Positions 40,587 to 50,236 of a DNA stretch of 64,000 bases are shown one piece after another. Origin of the DNA: an uncultured Alphaproteobacteria bacterium (lineage in GTDB: Bacteria > Pseudomonadota > Alphaproteobacteria > RF32 > CAG-239); NCBI GenBank assembly GCA_944391515.1, contig CALXTW010000001.1, forward strand, positions 1,378 through 65,377, written 5' to 3'. The translations under genes were made by a program, and so were the position numbers. The first letter of the stretch is position 1, and each line of letters begins with the position of its first letter. Under the pieces are notes generated by a model, which saw only the letters and a program-made list of their open reading frames with translations, was not told where the DNA came from and searched no databases.

Positions 40587-41387
40587 TTATAAAGACCAGC
40601 GTTTTGCGGTGTTTAATTGCACTAATAAATCCTCCGCCTCGCCAAAATATTGCCCAAGCTGTGAAACAGAATGTGCATCATCGCTTATCAGCAACGGAAT
40701 ATCATTTTTTACCAAATCTTCCATAATCCAGCGGGCAGGGTAGAATGAGCCGATAGAGTTTTTTCCTTTGGTGTTAATTTCGGTCGGCATTTTTTGTACT
40801 TTTAATGCGGTTACGATTCCTTTAATCTCATCAACAAAATCATATTCACCAATAACACCACTCCAGCGGGCGAAATCAATATGAGCTAAAAAGGTAAATT
40901 CACCACTTTCAACAGCTTCACAAATATTATTAAAATGATTACGAAAAAGCTCTTTTATTTTTGTTTCAGACAATCCATATCTCTGAAAATGATAAATCTC
41001 ATAAACCTCTGTTCCGTCTTTATTGGTTACCTGGTGGTTACCGTTTATGAGATAATCAACATCTATCTTTTGCTTAAACTCTCTAAACTCATCCAGCCAA
41101 CCTGGAATTGGAAAATAATCAACCTCAAAACCGGCATAAACTTTAATTTCGGGATTTTCTTCACCAACTTGTCTTATGGCGGCAATATGCTTTTTTACCG
41201 GCTCTAGAGCCTCTTTAAATGATGAAAAATAGGTATATCCTTTGCTCAAAGTTGGATGTATGCTCAAGTGATCGCTAATTCCAATAGCTCTCCAACCCAA
41301 CTTTTTGGCTTGGGCAACCATTTCCGAAATGCTGTTTTTACCATCAGAAAAGGTTGTATGCGTGTGAAGAGAAAAATTTTGTATCAT
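40587..41387 (-). CDS. PHP-domain phosphoesterase (histidinol-phosphatase-like family)
   Basis: LHTHTTFSDG...IGISDH... N-terminal PHP motifs and downstream His/Asp ligands. Translationally coupled to the upstream HD genes. Confidence 0.7.
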   Translation of the reverse strand: MIQNFSLHTHTTFSDGKNSISEMVAQAKKLGWRAIGISDHLSIHPTLSKGYTYFSSFKEALEPVKKHIAAIRQVGEENPEIKVYAGFEVDYFPIPGWLDEFREFKQKIDVDYLINGNHQVTNKDGTEVYEIYHFQRYGLSETKIKELFRNHFNNICEAVESGEFTFLAHIDFARWSGVIGEYDFVDEIKGIVTALKVQKMPTEINTKGKNSIGSFYPARWIMEDLVKNDIPLLISDDAHSVSQLGQYFGEAEDLLVQLNTAKRWSL

Positions 41388-42001
41388 CTCTTTATTCCTA
41401 AAACCTCGTAACTATCGCAATCACATTTATTATCAATATATGTTTTAAGTTTAAATACACCGTTTTTTAGGGTATTTTGCTGCAATTCATTTAGATTATA
41501 CCTTTGAGTTATTCCTGCTATGCGATTTTCTAATGATGTAATTTCCATTCCTTCAAAAAACATATCAGCATATTGGACTATTCGGTCGTAGTCGTCATAC
41601 GTTATATTTTTCAGCAATGTTCTGCATTCTTCCAACCAATGTGGGGGGTATGAAAAATCTTCATTTGAAAAATTCTTATCTTTAAAAGTATGGGTTAAAC
41701 AGATTTTAGCAACATCGGGATAACCATATTCTAATAAGTCATAGTAACCTATTACACCGTGAAATCTATCGTCTTGCTTTTCATCAATTCTCTTTCCGTA
41801 ATCGTGAAGCAGTCCTAAGGCAAAAGCCTTATCTCCATTTAAGCCCATTTTATTTGCTAATCGCGATGAAAAATCGGCAACACCACGTGAGTGAAAAATA
41901 TATTCTTTATCAATTTGCGGGGTTTTTGTTTGATGTTCTCTAGAATAATTTATACCATCTTGCCAAATTTTTTCTGCTTCCTCTTTTGTTGGATAATTCA
42001 T
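41384..42001 (-). CDS. HD-domain phosphohydrolase, paralog 1 (YqeK/HDIG-like)
   Basis: H...HD metal motif (FHSRGVA...LGLLHDYGK). ICLTHTF motif. Conserved C-terminus KCDCDSYEVLGI. Confidence 0.65.
   Translation of the reverse strand: MNYPTKEEAEKIWQDGINYSREHQTKTPQIDKEYIFHSRGVADFSSRLANKMGLNGDKAFALGLLHDYGKRIDEKQDDRFHGVIGYYDLLEYGYPDVAKICLTHTFKDKNFSNEDFSYPPHWLEECRTLLKNITYDDYDRIVQYADMFFEGMEITSLENRIAGITQRYNLNELQQNTLKNGVFKLKTYIDNKCDCDSYEVLGIKR
41442..41455 (+). repeat. Variant copy TTTAAATACACCGT (inside HD paralog 1)
   Basis: The first 9 nt are identical. The second half is the inverted complement of the GGTGT variant. Confidence 0.5.
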
Positions 42002-42621
42002 TATTTTATTCCCAACAATTCATAAATGTTGCAATTACATTTTGCATTAAAATACAACAGTCGATTTTTGATGATATTTGAAAATTGTCTTATCTGATCT
42101 TGACTTATTGGATAACGGTTCGCCAAAGATGAAAAGCGATATTCTATTGTACAATCTGTTCCCATGTCGTTTAGAATGTCTGTTAGTTGAATTAAATAAT
42201 CATAATCATTATATTCAATTTGAGATAAAAACTTCAAACATGAGGAAATATCATCATTACAAACATTATCGCTTTTTACTTCAAAACCTTTTTCATAAAA
42301 ATTATGAGTGATACAAATTCGAGCTATATCGCTCCAACCTTTTGAGCTCATTAACTGATAACCAATCCAGCTATGATGACGATTTTCGGCTTTTTCATCT
42401 CTGATACGTCCACAGTCGTGCAGCAATCCCATTACAAAACAAAGCTCAGGATTCATATCAGATGTGCGAGAGGCTATTTTTTGAGCGTTTTTTGCAACTT
42501 TATTACAGTGCTCTCTAAATGTTTTTTCCCATTCTGGCAAAAAAGGGTAGGGGCTTGAATTGCGCTCTTTGATGACATATTCAAAAAAATCTTCTGCTTC
42601 ATTGATATTTGGATAAGACAT
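42001..42621 (-). CDS. HD-domain phosphohydrolase, paralog 2
   Basis: MGLLHDCGRIRDE, ICITHNF, C-terminus KCNCNIYELLGIK. Start set at MSYPNINEAE by alignment to paralog 1. The ORF track extends to 42672. Confidence 0.6.
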   Translation of the reverse strand: MSYPNINEAEDFFEYVIKERNSSPYPFLPEWEKTFREHCNKVAKNAQKIASRTSDMNPELCFVMGLLHDCGRIRDEKAENRHHSWIGYQLMSSKGWSDIARICITHNFYEKGFEVKSDNVCNDDISSCLKFLSQIEYNDYDYLIQLTDILNDMGTDCTIEYRFSSLANRYPISQDQIRQFSNIIKNRLLYFNAKCNCNIYELLGIK

Positions 42622-42622
42622 T

Positions 42623-43246
42623 TTAATTAACTCCGAGAAGTTTATAAATATCGCAGCCGCATTTGGCATCAAAATAGCTTTTCAACTTAAGAGCTTCGCG
42701 ATATTTTTTCTTTAATTGCACTGTCGGAATTTTATAGGCGTTTTGCAGATATTTCATCCGCTCTTTGAGATTATAGTTTACGCCGATTGATAGTCTGTCA
42801 CAAAGTTGAATCAGGCGGTCGTAATCATCAAAAGGAACTTCTTGTATTAGTTTACGACATTTTCTCATTTCTGAGGGATTGTATGAAGCATATTCTTTTA
42901 TATTGAGCTCTTGCTCATAAAAAGTATGCGTCAAACAGATACGAGCAAGTTCATCATAACCAAGTTTGTTTAGTGCTTTATATCCCTCTAAGCCATGAAA
43001 TTTATCTGAGCGTTCATAATCATAGGTGAGTTTGCCGTAGTCATGAAATAATCCCATAATATAGGCTTTTTGACCATCAATTTCAGGCAAGCGTGAGGCT
43101 ATCATTTCGGCACAAACAGCCACCATCGCAGAGTGGATTCTGAAGTTTTTGGCAATACCAAACTCAAAACGTGAAGATTGCTCACAGCGTTGTTTTAAGG
43201 TTTGTTCAAAAAGTTTCAGAGCTTCTTGCATGGTTGGCATCGTCAT
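42623..43246 (-). CDS. HD-domain phosphohydrolase, paralog 3
   Basis: MGLFHDYGKLT, ICLTHTF, C-terminus KCGCDIYKLLGVN. The start is 4 nt after the mnmG stop. Confidence 0.65.
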   Translation of the reverse strand: MTMPTMQEALKLFEQTLKQRCEQSSRFEFGIAKNFRIHSAMVAVCAEMIASRLPEIDGQKAYIMGLFHDYGKLTYDYERSDKFHGLEGYKALNKLGYDELARICLTHTFYEQELNIKEYASYNPSEMRKCRKLIQEVPFDDYDRLIQLCDRLSIGVNYNLKERMKYLQNAYKIPTVQLKKKYREALKLKSYFDAKCGCDIYKLLGVN

Positions 43247-43249
43247 AGC

Positions 43250-45106
43250 TCACCTCTTTACATAGCCCAAAATTGCAGTTATAGCCGCAGGAGTTACTCC
43301 CGGAATGCGAGATGCTTCTCCTATGGTTGCAGGACGAACTCGAGATAGTTTTTGCACCATTTCACGAGATAAGCCACCGATTTTGGCATAATCAATATCT
43401 TCTCTGATTTTGAGTTTTTCGTCTTTTTGGAAGACTTCAATATCGGCTTGTTGTCTTTTTAGGTATCCTGAATATTTGGCTTCAATCTCAATTTCTTCAT
43501 AAACATCATTGGGAATATTTTGCAACTGCGGCCAGAGAAGGTTGATTGTTTCACGTGAAACACCGTCATAAGACATTACATTGAACGCCGTTCTCTTGGT
43601 GCCGTCACGTTTGGTTTTTATGCCATATTCTTCTAGCTTGTTCGGGTTGATTGTCAAGCTCTCACAAAGCTCACGATATTTATTAATTGCATCGGATTTG
43701 GCTTTAAATACAGTGTATCTTTTTTCACTGACACAGCCAACATTATGGCCAAGTTCGGTTAAACGCAAGTCAGCATTATCTGCTCGCAGCAATAAACGAT
43801 ATTCTGAGCGAGAGGTAAACATACGATAAGGTTCATCAACACCTTGGGTAATTAAGTCATCTACCATAACACCGATATAGGCTTGGCTGCGGTTAATGGT
43901 GAATTTACGTCCTTTGCCCTCGGCATAAAGCGCGGCATTTACACCGGCAAGAAGTCCTTGTGCTGCGGCTTCCTCATAACCGGTCGTACCATTGATTTGT
44001 CCGGCTAAAAACAAGCCTGATACTTTTTTGGTTTCTAGCGTGTTGGTTAGTTCTTGCGGGTCAACATAGTCATATTCAATCGCATAAGCATAACGCAAGA
44101 TTTCAACATCTTCCAAACCCTCAATGGTATGAATAAATTGTTCTTGAACATCGGCCGGCAAGGAGGTTGATATTCCGTTTGGATAAACAACGTCCGTGTT
44201 CAAACCTTCCGGTTCCAAAAAGATTTGATGGCTGGTTCGGTCAGCAAATTTTACCAATTTATCTTCAATACTTGGGCAATATCTTGGACCAACACCTTTG
44301 ATTAACCCTGAAAACAAAGCGCATTTCGAGAAGTTATCTCGGATGATTTTGTGTGTTTTCTCATTTGTATGGGTTATATAACACTGTATTTGCGGATTGG
44401 TGATTTCTTTGGTTAGATAAGAAAAGGGTTGCGGAGGATAATCACCATCTTGGGTATCCAATTTTTCCCAATGTATGGTTTTGCCATTCAAACGGGCAGG
44501 GGTTCCGGTTTTGAGACGACCGACTTTTAGGCCTTTTTGCTTTAAATACGGTGTTATACCTGTGCAGCTTACATCGCCAATTCGGCCACCAATAGAGGTT
44601 TCGTGTCCAACAAACATTACACCGTTTAAGAATGTGCCTGAAGTCAGAACGACGGCTTGGGCTGAGATTTCGCTTCCGTCAGCTAAGATTACACCGGTGA
44701 CTTTATCGCCCTCAAAAAGCAATCCTTCAACAGCGGCTTCAAGAATAGTCAGATTGCTTTGCGCTTGCAAAGCTTCTAACATATATTTTTTATATAATTC
44801 TCGGTCGGCTTGCGCACGCGGGCCTCTAACAGCCGGTCCTTTAGATTGGTTTAGCATACGGAATTGAATACCGCCTTTATCAATCACTCTGCCCATTAAG
44901 CCATCTAAAGCATCAATCTCTCTGACCAAGTGACCTTTGCCAAGTCCCCCAATTGCCGGATTGCATGACATGGCGCCAATGGTGTCAATTTTGTGTGTGA
45001 TGAGCAAAGTGTTTGCTCCGGTTCTGGCCGCTGCGGCGCAGGCTTCACATCCGGCATGTCCGCCGCCAACGACAATTACATCATATTTTTTATTATTGTT
45101 CTTCAT
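43250..45106 (-). CDS. mnmG: tRNA uridine 5-carboxymethylaminomethyl modification enzyme MnmG (GidA)
   Basis: FAD motif [15 protein letters not shown] and conserved GidA core throughout. 618 aa. Confidence 0.95.
   Translation of the reverse strand: MKNNNKKYDVIVVGGGHAGCEACAAAARTGANTLLITHKIDTIGAMSCNPAIGGLGKGHLVREIDALDGLMGRVIDKGGIQFRMLNQSKGPAVRGPRAQADRELYKKYMLEALQAQSNLTILEAAVEGLLFEGDKVTGVILADGSEISAQAVVLTSGTFLNGVMFVGHETSIGGRIGDVSCTGITPYLKQKGLKVGRLKTGTPARLNGKTIHWEKLDTQDGDYPPQPFSYLTKEITNPQIQCYITHTNEKTHKIIRDNFSKCALFSGLIKGVGPRYCPSIEDKLVKFADRTSHQIFLEPEGLNTDVVYPNGISTSLPADVQEQFIHTIEGLEDVEILRYAYAIEYDYVDPQELTNTLETKKVSGLFLAGQINGTTGYEEAAAQGLLAGVNAALYAEGKGRKFTINRSQAYIGVMVDDLITQGVDEPYRMFTSRSEYRLLLRADNADLRLTELGHNVGCVSEKRYTVFKAKSDAINKYRELCESLTINPNKLEEYGIKTKRDGTKRTAFNVMSYDGVSRETINLLWPQLQNIPNDVYEEIEIEAKYSGYLKRQQADIEVFQKDEKLKIREDIDYAKIGGLSREMVQKLSRVRPATIGEASRIPGVTPAAITAILGYVKR
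43703..43716 (+). repeat. Copy of the 14-bp motif TTTAAATACAGTGT (inside mnmG)
   Basis: Exact match. Encodes YTVFKA. Confidence 0.8.
44541..44554 (+). repeat. Copy of the 14-bp motif, G variant TTTAAATACGGTGT (inside mnmG)
   Basis: Encodes TPYLKQ in a different reading frame from the copy at 43703. Confidence 0.8.
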
Positions 45107-45245
45107 TTATTCGTCCTTTTCTGCCTGTATGACAGATTTTATTTGCGGCTATTTTAACACAAAAAATATTATCAAGCCGTTAACTACCCTCTCATTTAAA
45201 AGCAAAAAACCGCTCTTTTGAGCGGTTTTAGGATAAATATTTGCG

Positions 45246-45623
45246 TTAGAAAACGTGATTTTCAACACAATATTGCCAGTAGTCATAAACTTTTTCTCGC
45301 GGTAATACAGCCGGGCAAAGGATAACAACCGAAAAAATATAACGCCAGCAAAGATAGCGATTGTAAGCACAAAAATCTTTGTTGTTCATCAGATAAGTTG
45401 CTCTATCTTGTAACCAATATCTAAGGTTTGAAATTTCTTCCTTATACATTACTGGGTATGAAGAAAATGCAAAACCTGATTCTTTACTTCTTTGGCAGAG
45501 TTTCTGAAATGCTTCCCGGATTTTTTGAGTGAGCCCTTCTTCATTTTTCAAAAGTTCTTCTTCGGAAAAAACACTAATTCGATTGGTGATGAGTTTTTCC
45601 AATCCGTCTGAATAATTTTCCAT
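45246..45623 (-). CDS. Hypothetical protein (125 aa) inserted between mnmE and mnmG
   Basis: Intact ORF followed by the hairpin aaccgctc-tttt-gagcggtt at 45205-45228, with a T-run in the minus-strand sense. No known motif. Confidence 0.4.
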   Translation of the reverse strand: MENYSDGLEKLITNRISVFSEEELLKNEEGLTQKIREAFQKLCQRSKESGFAFSSYPVMYKEEISNLRYWLQDRATYLMNNKDFCAYNRYLCWRYIFSVVILCPAVLPREKVYDYWQYCVENHVF

Positions 45624-45715
45624 ACAAACAAATTTTTTAAGTTAAACAATAATAAAATATGTGCTTTGGTTAGAGCACATATTTTATTTAAAATCAAGTA
45701 TTTCTTAGCCTTAAA

Positions 45716-47131
45716 TTACTTGCCGATACAAAATGAACCAAAGATTTTATCCAAGATATCATCCACTTCGATACGGCCGGTGATTTTTCCTAATCCACGG
45801 GCGGCCATACGGATGTCTTCGGCGGCAAGCTCAATCTCTTTTTGCAGATTAAAAGCCTGCAGAGCCTCTAATGTTTCATTTAGTGCTTCTCTGTAACGAG
45901 CACGCGTTATCAGCAAATTAGAATTTGATGTAAAGCGGCTTTCAATTTGAGTAGTGATTGCGTTTAAGAGTTTTTCCAAACCTTCTTTGGGTTTGGCGGC
46001 AATAACTATGCAGCCGCTGTTTACTAATTCTTGTCTTGTATCTTCGGAAATGCAATCAGCCTTATTGGCAACAAAAAGCATTTTATCAGAAATTGTTTTT
46101 TTAAGATTATCAAAGATGTGAACACTGTCTTGTGAGGCATCAAATAAACATAATACCAAGTCGGCTTCTTTGATTTTATCATAAGCAATTTCTATTCCGC
46201 GTTTTTCAATAGCGTCTTCAACTTCTCTTAAACCGGCCGTGTCGGTAAACATTACCGGATAGCCTTTTAGGTCTAAATGAACATCAACAGCATCACGCGT
46301 GGTGCCGGCTATATTTGAAACTATCGCCGCCTCGCGATTGACAATCGCATTTAATAAGCTCGACTTTCCGGCATTGGGAGGGCCAACAATTACAACCCTA
46401 AAACCTTCTCTTAGGCGCTCACCAATATTATCTCCTTTTAGGTGTTCGGAGATTTTATGTGCAAGTTTAAATACAGTGTCCTCAAGTTTAAATACAGTGT
46501 CTTGAGGAATATCTTCATCAGGAAAATCAATATAAGCCTCCAGATAAGCCATAACCTGCAAGAGTTCTTCACGCCAACCTTCATAAAGATTTTTTAATCC
46601 GCCTTCCATTTGGCGCATGGCATATTTTTGCTGTTCAGAGGTTTCGGCATCTATCAAGTCTGCCAATCCTTCTGCCTGAGTTAAATCCATTTTGCCGTTA
46701 TAAAAAGCGCGTTTGGAATATTCACCCGGTTCGGCCAGACGATAACCTTCTATCTGACTTAATGAGGCAAGGACTCCGGAAATTACGGCCTTGGAGCCGT
46801 GAATCTGTAATTCGACGATATCTTCTCCCGTGAAAGAATATGGTGCCTTAAAATACAAAACCAGGCTTTTATCAAGTAATCTTTTTTCAGGCAAAGAATA
46901 AATATTGGTAAAATAGGCATAACGGGCTTTGATTGTATCAACTTTAATGTCCGTCATCTGTTCTATGACCTTGAGAGCTTTGTCTCCGGAAATTCGAATA
47001 ACCGCTACTCCTGATTTTCCAAATACGGTCGATAGAGCATAAATTGTTTTGTTATCCATTTTTTTATCCTGTTTGATTTTGATTTGGGCTGAATATAACA
47101 CAAAATTCTTAAAAAAACAGCAAATTCTCAT
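45716..47131 (-). CDS. mnmE: tRNA modification GTPase MnmE (TrmE)
   Basis: G1 GPPNAGKSSLLN. G3 DTAGLR. C-terminal FCIGK. Contains an in-frame tandem DTVFKLE/DTVFKLA repeat encoded by the 21-bp duplication. Confidence 0.9.
   Translation of the reverse strand: MRICCFFKNFVLYSAQIKIKQDKKMDNKTIYALSTVFGKSGVAVIRISGDKALKVIEQMTDIKVDTIKARYAYFTNIYSLPEKRLLDKSLVLYFKAPYSFTGEDIVELQIHGSKAVISGVLASLSQIEGYRLAEPGEYSKRAFYNGKMDLTQAEGLADLIDAETSEQQKYAMRQMEGGLKNLYEGWREELLQVMAYLEAYIDFPDEDIPQDTVFKLEDTVFKLAHKISEHLKGDNIGERLREGFRVVIVGPPNAGKSSLLNAIVNREAAIVSNIAGTTRDAVDVHLDLKGYPVMFTDTAGLREVEDAIEKRGIEIAYDKIKEADLVLCLFDASQDSVHIFDNLKKTISDKMLFVANKADCISEDTRQELVNSGCIVIAAKPKEGLEKLLNAITTQIESRFTSNSNLLITRARYREALNETLEALQAFNLQKEIELAAEDIRMAARGLGKITGRIEVDDILDKIFGSFCIGK
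46462..46503 (+). repeat. 21-bp direct tandem duplication (caagtttaaatacagtgtcyt x2), each unit carrying the 14-bp motif, inside mnmE
   Basis: Units at 46462-46482 and 46483-46503. Motif copies at 46466-46479 and 46487-46500. Encodes the in-frame DTVFKLE/DTVFKLA repeat. Confidence 0.85.
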
Positions 47132-47248
47132 AAAAGGCGTTTTTTTGACTTTGGAGCGATTTTTTACTTTTGTTTAAGTGTTTCTTTATAAAATAGTTGA
47201 AATTCTTTTCTGTGAGCTTTATACGGACTCACTTTTTTCTAATGAAAG

Positions 47249-47932
47249 TTGCAAATGAATACATGTTCTAAAAAATTAATTATTTGGGATTTTGACGGTG
47301 TTTTGGCTGATACTGAAAAATTATGGATTGAAAATCGCCGGTTAATGGTCAACAAAGTTTTCGGACTAAATTGGGATTTTGAAACAACAAATCATTATCT
47401 TGGGGGAATGAGCGATAAAACCAAACGCATGAATTTGGATAAAATCGGTTTGAAGACAGATGATAAATTTTGGGAAGATAGCTTAGCCATGGATATGAAA
47501 ATTATGGCTGAAGGGTTTTCTCCTGTCGAAGGGGTGGAAGAAATTTTGCAATGCAAAGATTTTTTACACTGTGTGGCCACGGGCGGAATCTTGTCAAAAA
47601 GTATTGAAAAACTCAAAACAATCGGCTTTTGGAATAAATATATCTCACAAAAAAATCTCTTTACCGCCGATATGGTTGAACATGGAAAACCAGAGCCGGA
47701 GTTATTTCTTTTGGCTGCTCAAAACATAGGGGTTGAGCCGAAAGACTGCGTGGTAATTGAGGATTCACTTGCTGGTATGACTGCCGGATTAAGGGCAGGG
47801 ATGTGTGTGGTGGCTTTTGTGGGCTGTGAAATGAACAAATCTCCGCAGTATATTGAAAAAATCAAACAACTCGGCGTGAAACATATTTTCGAAAATATGC
47901 AACAATTTAAAGAATTTTTGGGGTTAATTTAA
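47249..47932 (+). CDS. HAD-superfamily hydrolase, subfamily IA (beta-phosphoglucomutase-like)
   Basis: Motif I LIIWDFDGVLADTE. Later GKPEPE and VIEDSLAG motifs. Confidence 0.75.
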   Translation: MQMNTCSKKLIIWDFDGVLADTEKLWIENRRLMVNKVFGLNWDFETTNHYLGGMSDKTKRMNLDKIGLKTDDKFWEDSLAMDMKIMAEGFSPVEGVEEILQCKDFLHCVATGGILSKSIEKLKTIGFWNKYISQKNLFTADMVEHGKPEPELFLLAAQNIGVEPKDCVVIEDSLAGMTAGLRAGMCVVAFVGCEMNKSPQYIEKIKQLGVKHIFENMQQFKEFLGLI

Positions 47933-48004
47933 TATTTGACAAAATACACAAAAAGTGGCATAACTCTCGGAAAATATTAATTATTAACGCTAAATTATTT
48001 AATT

Positions 48005-48430
48005 ATGAAACCTGAAGAAATTTTAAGATGGATTGTAAACCTTTGTGCTACTTTATTGCTTGTATGGGGGTTAAAAACCGAATTTGCGCGAGTTTATATG
48101 TTTTGCGCCATGATTTTGGCTGTTAGTTATATTTGTTTATATAACAGGTCTTCTCAAAATCCAAAGAATATTCCGTGGTTTAATACTACTATTTCATACC
48201 TGGCTTTTTGCTGTTTTATGGCTTTGCCTGGGTTAATGAACTTAGCTCAAAATATTACAAGTTCTATTGTGATATTTTTGGTCATTGCCGGTTTATTGTG
48301 CTTGTTAGATGCATATGTGCCGGTAATTGTTTATCAATTAGGGTATCGCTCAACCAACAAGCCGCGATATCCGGCAACAATGTTGGTTTTTATCGTAGCT
48401 GCCTTTTTGGCTGTGGTGATGATTAGTTAA
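48005..48430 (+). CDS. Hypothetical small integral membrane protein (141 aa)
   Basis: Four hydrophobic segments. No known motif. Confidence 0.45.
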   Translation: MKPEEILRWIVNLCATLLLVWGLKTEFARVYMFCAMILAVSYICLYNRSSQNPKNIPWFNTTISYLAFCCFMALPGLMNLAQNITSSIVIFLVIAGLLCLLDAYVPVIVYQLGYRSTNKPRYPATMLVFIVAAFLAVVMIS

Positions 48431-48431
48431 A

Positions 48432-48459
48432 AAAGCCTCCCAATCGAGAGGCTTTTTAA
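48432..48459 (+). terminator. Bidirectional terminator between the membrane protein gene and rho
   Basis: aaagcctc ccaatcga gaggcttt followed by a T-run. Confidence 0.5.
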
Positions 48460-48462
48460 TTT

Positions 48463-49716
48463 TTAAGAATTCATTGTATTGAAGAAATCTTGATTGTCTT
48501 TGCTTTGTTTTAATTTATCAAGTAAGAATTCCATACCGTCGGTCATGCCCATTTGCATTAATACACGGCGCAAAACCCACATTTTAGATAAGGTGGCTTT
48601 ATCAACCAAAAGCTCTTCTTTTCTGGTTCCCGAACGAGTGATATCAATCGTTGGGAATAACCGTTTATCGGTTAATTTTCTATCCAAAATGATTTCTGAG
48701 TTACCGGTTCCTTTAAACTCTTCAAAAATGACTTCATCCATTCTTGAACCGGTATCAATCAATGCTGTGGCAATAATGGTTAAAGAACCGCCTTCTTCAA
48801 CATTGCGCGCTGCACCCAAAATACGTTTCGGACGTTGCAGAGCATTGGCGTCAACACCACCGGTCAAGACCTTACCTGATGATGGAATTACCGTATTATA
48901 GGCTCGGCCTAAACGGGTGATGGAATCGAGCAAAATGACAACATCTTTTTTGTTTTCAACCAAACGTTTGGCTTTTTCAATTACCATTTCAGCAACTTGA
49001 ACATGGCGAGAAGCCGGCTCATCAAAGGTTGAAGAAATAACTTCACCCTTAACTGAACGGGTCATATCGGTTACTTCTTCCGGACGTTCATCAATCAGTA
49101 AAACCATCAAATAAGCCTCAGGATGATTTTGTGCAATAGCGTGAGCAATGTTTTGCAACATAACGGTTTTACCGGTTCTTGGCGGAGCAACAATAAGTCC
49201 TCGTTGACCTTTACCTTGCGGCGCAATCAAGTCAATCACACGACAAGTGTAGTCTTTGTCTCCGCAAATAATGTCAAAATTTAACTTTTCGGTCGGATAT
49301 AATGGGGTCAAGTTATCAAAATTGACGCGTAATTTTGATTTTTCAGGATCATCAAAGTTAATGGTGTTAATTTTGGTTAAGGCAAAATAACGCTCGTTAT
49401 CTTTTGGACCTCTGATTTCTCCTTCAACCGTATCGCCGGTACGAAGACCGAATTTTTTAACTTGCGAAGGAGAAACGTAAATATCATCAGGACCTGCAAG
49501 ATAATTGGATTCAGCAGATCTTAAAAAACCAAAACCATCAGGCATAACTTCTATTGTACCTTCGCCTGATATGATAATATCATCATCTGCTAATTTTTTG
49601 AGAATGGCAAACATCAAATCTTGTTTGCGCATGGAAGAGGCATCTTCTATTCCTAAATCTTCCGCTTGAGTTAATAACTCCGTTGGAGACTTTTGCTTGA
49701 GTTCTTTTAAATTCAT
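48463..49716 (-). CDS. rho: Transcription termination factor Rho
   Basis: N-terminal RNA-binding domain. Walker [16 protein letters not shown]. RecA-like core. 417 aa. Confidence 0.95.
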   Translation of the reverse strand: MNLKELKQKSPTELLTQAEDLGIEDASSMRKQDLMFAILKKLADDDIIISGEGTIEVMPDGFGFLRSAESNYLAGPDDIYVSPSQVKKFGLRTGDTVEGEIRGPKDNERYFALTKINTINFDDPEKSKLRVNFDNLTPLYPTEKLNFDIICGDKDYTCRVIDLIAPQGKGQRGLIVAPPRTGKTVMLQNIAHAIAQNHPEAYLMVLLIDERPEEVTDMTRSVKGEVISSTFDEPASRHVQVAEMVIEKAKRLVENKKDVVILLDSITRLGRAYNTVIPSSGKVLTGGVDANALQRPKRILGAARNVEEGGSLTIIATALIDTGSRMDEVIFEEFKGTGNSEIILDRKLTDKRLFPTIDITRSGTRKEELLVDKATLSKMWVLRRVLMQMGMTDGMEFLLDKLKQSKDNQDFFNTMNS

Positions 49717-50236
49717 GGAAACCTTAAATATGATTGGAATTAATATTAAAGAAATATAAATAAGTAGGAACTATATTAAATAGTATAAGTTTATATATGC
49801 TTAAAATTTAAAACTGTCAAATAAAGTTTGGAGTTTTTTTAGGGCAGTTTTATGCACATCCTTCCTTGCCAATATAAATTTAAAAAAAATATGTAGTTAT
49901 TAGTATATTCCTGTGAGTTTTGTGGATAAGTTTTTATCTTCAGAGTTATGCAGAAGTTAATGCTTTGTTAATAATTGTGTTAACTAAAATTAAACAATGG
50001 TTAAGGAATCGTTAAAATATTTTTAGGTTAAAAATGTAAATACAAATTTTGGTTCGTTGTATATAACTTTTTTATCCCCAGAAAGTGAATCAATTCAAGG
50101 CTTGTGCGTAACTTGGATGATTAGATTTTACATTATGGTGATTAATTTGTATAAAGACTGAAGAAGGGCTAGTTATGCACAGTTTTGGGTGCTTTTGTGC
50201 ATAAGTGAGTCAAGCCTTTGTTTTTGGAGATTTTTT

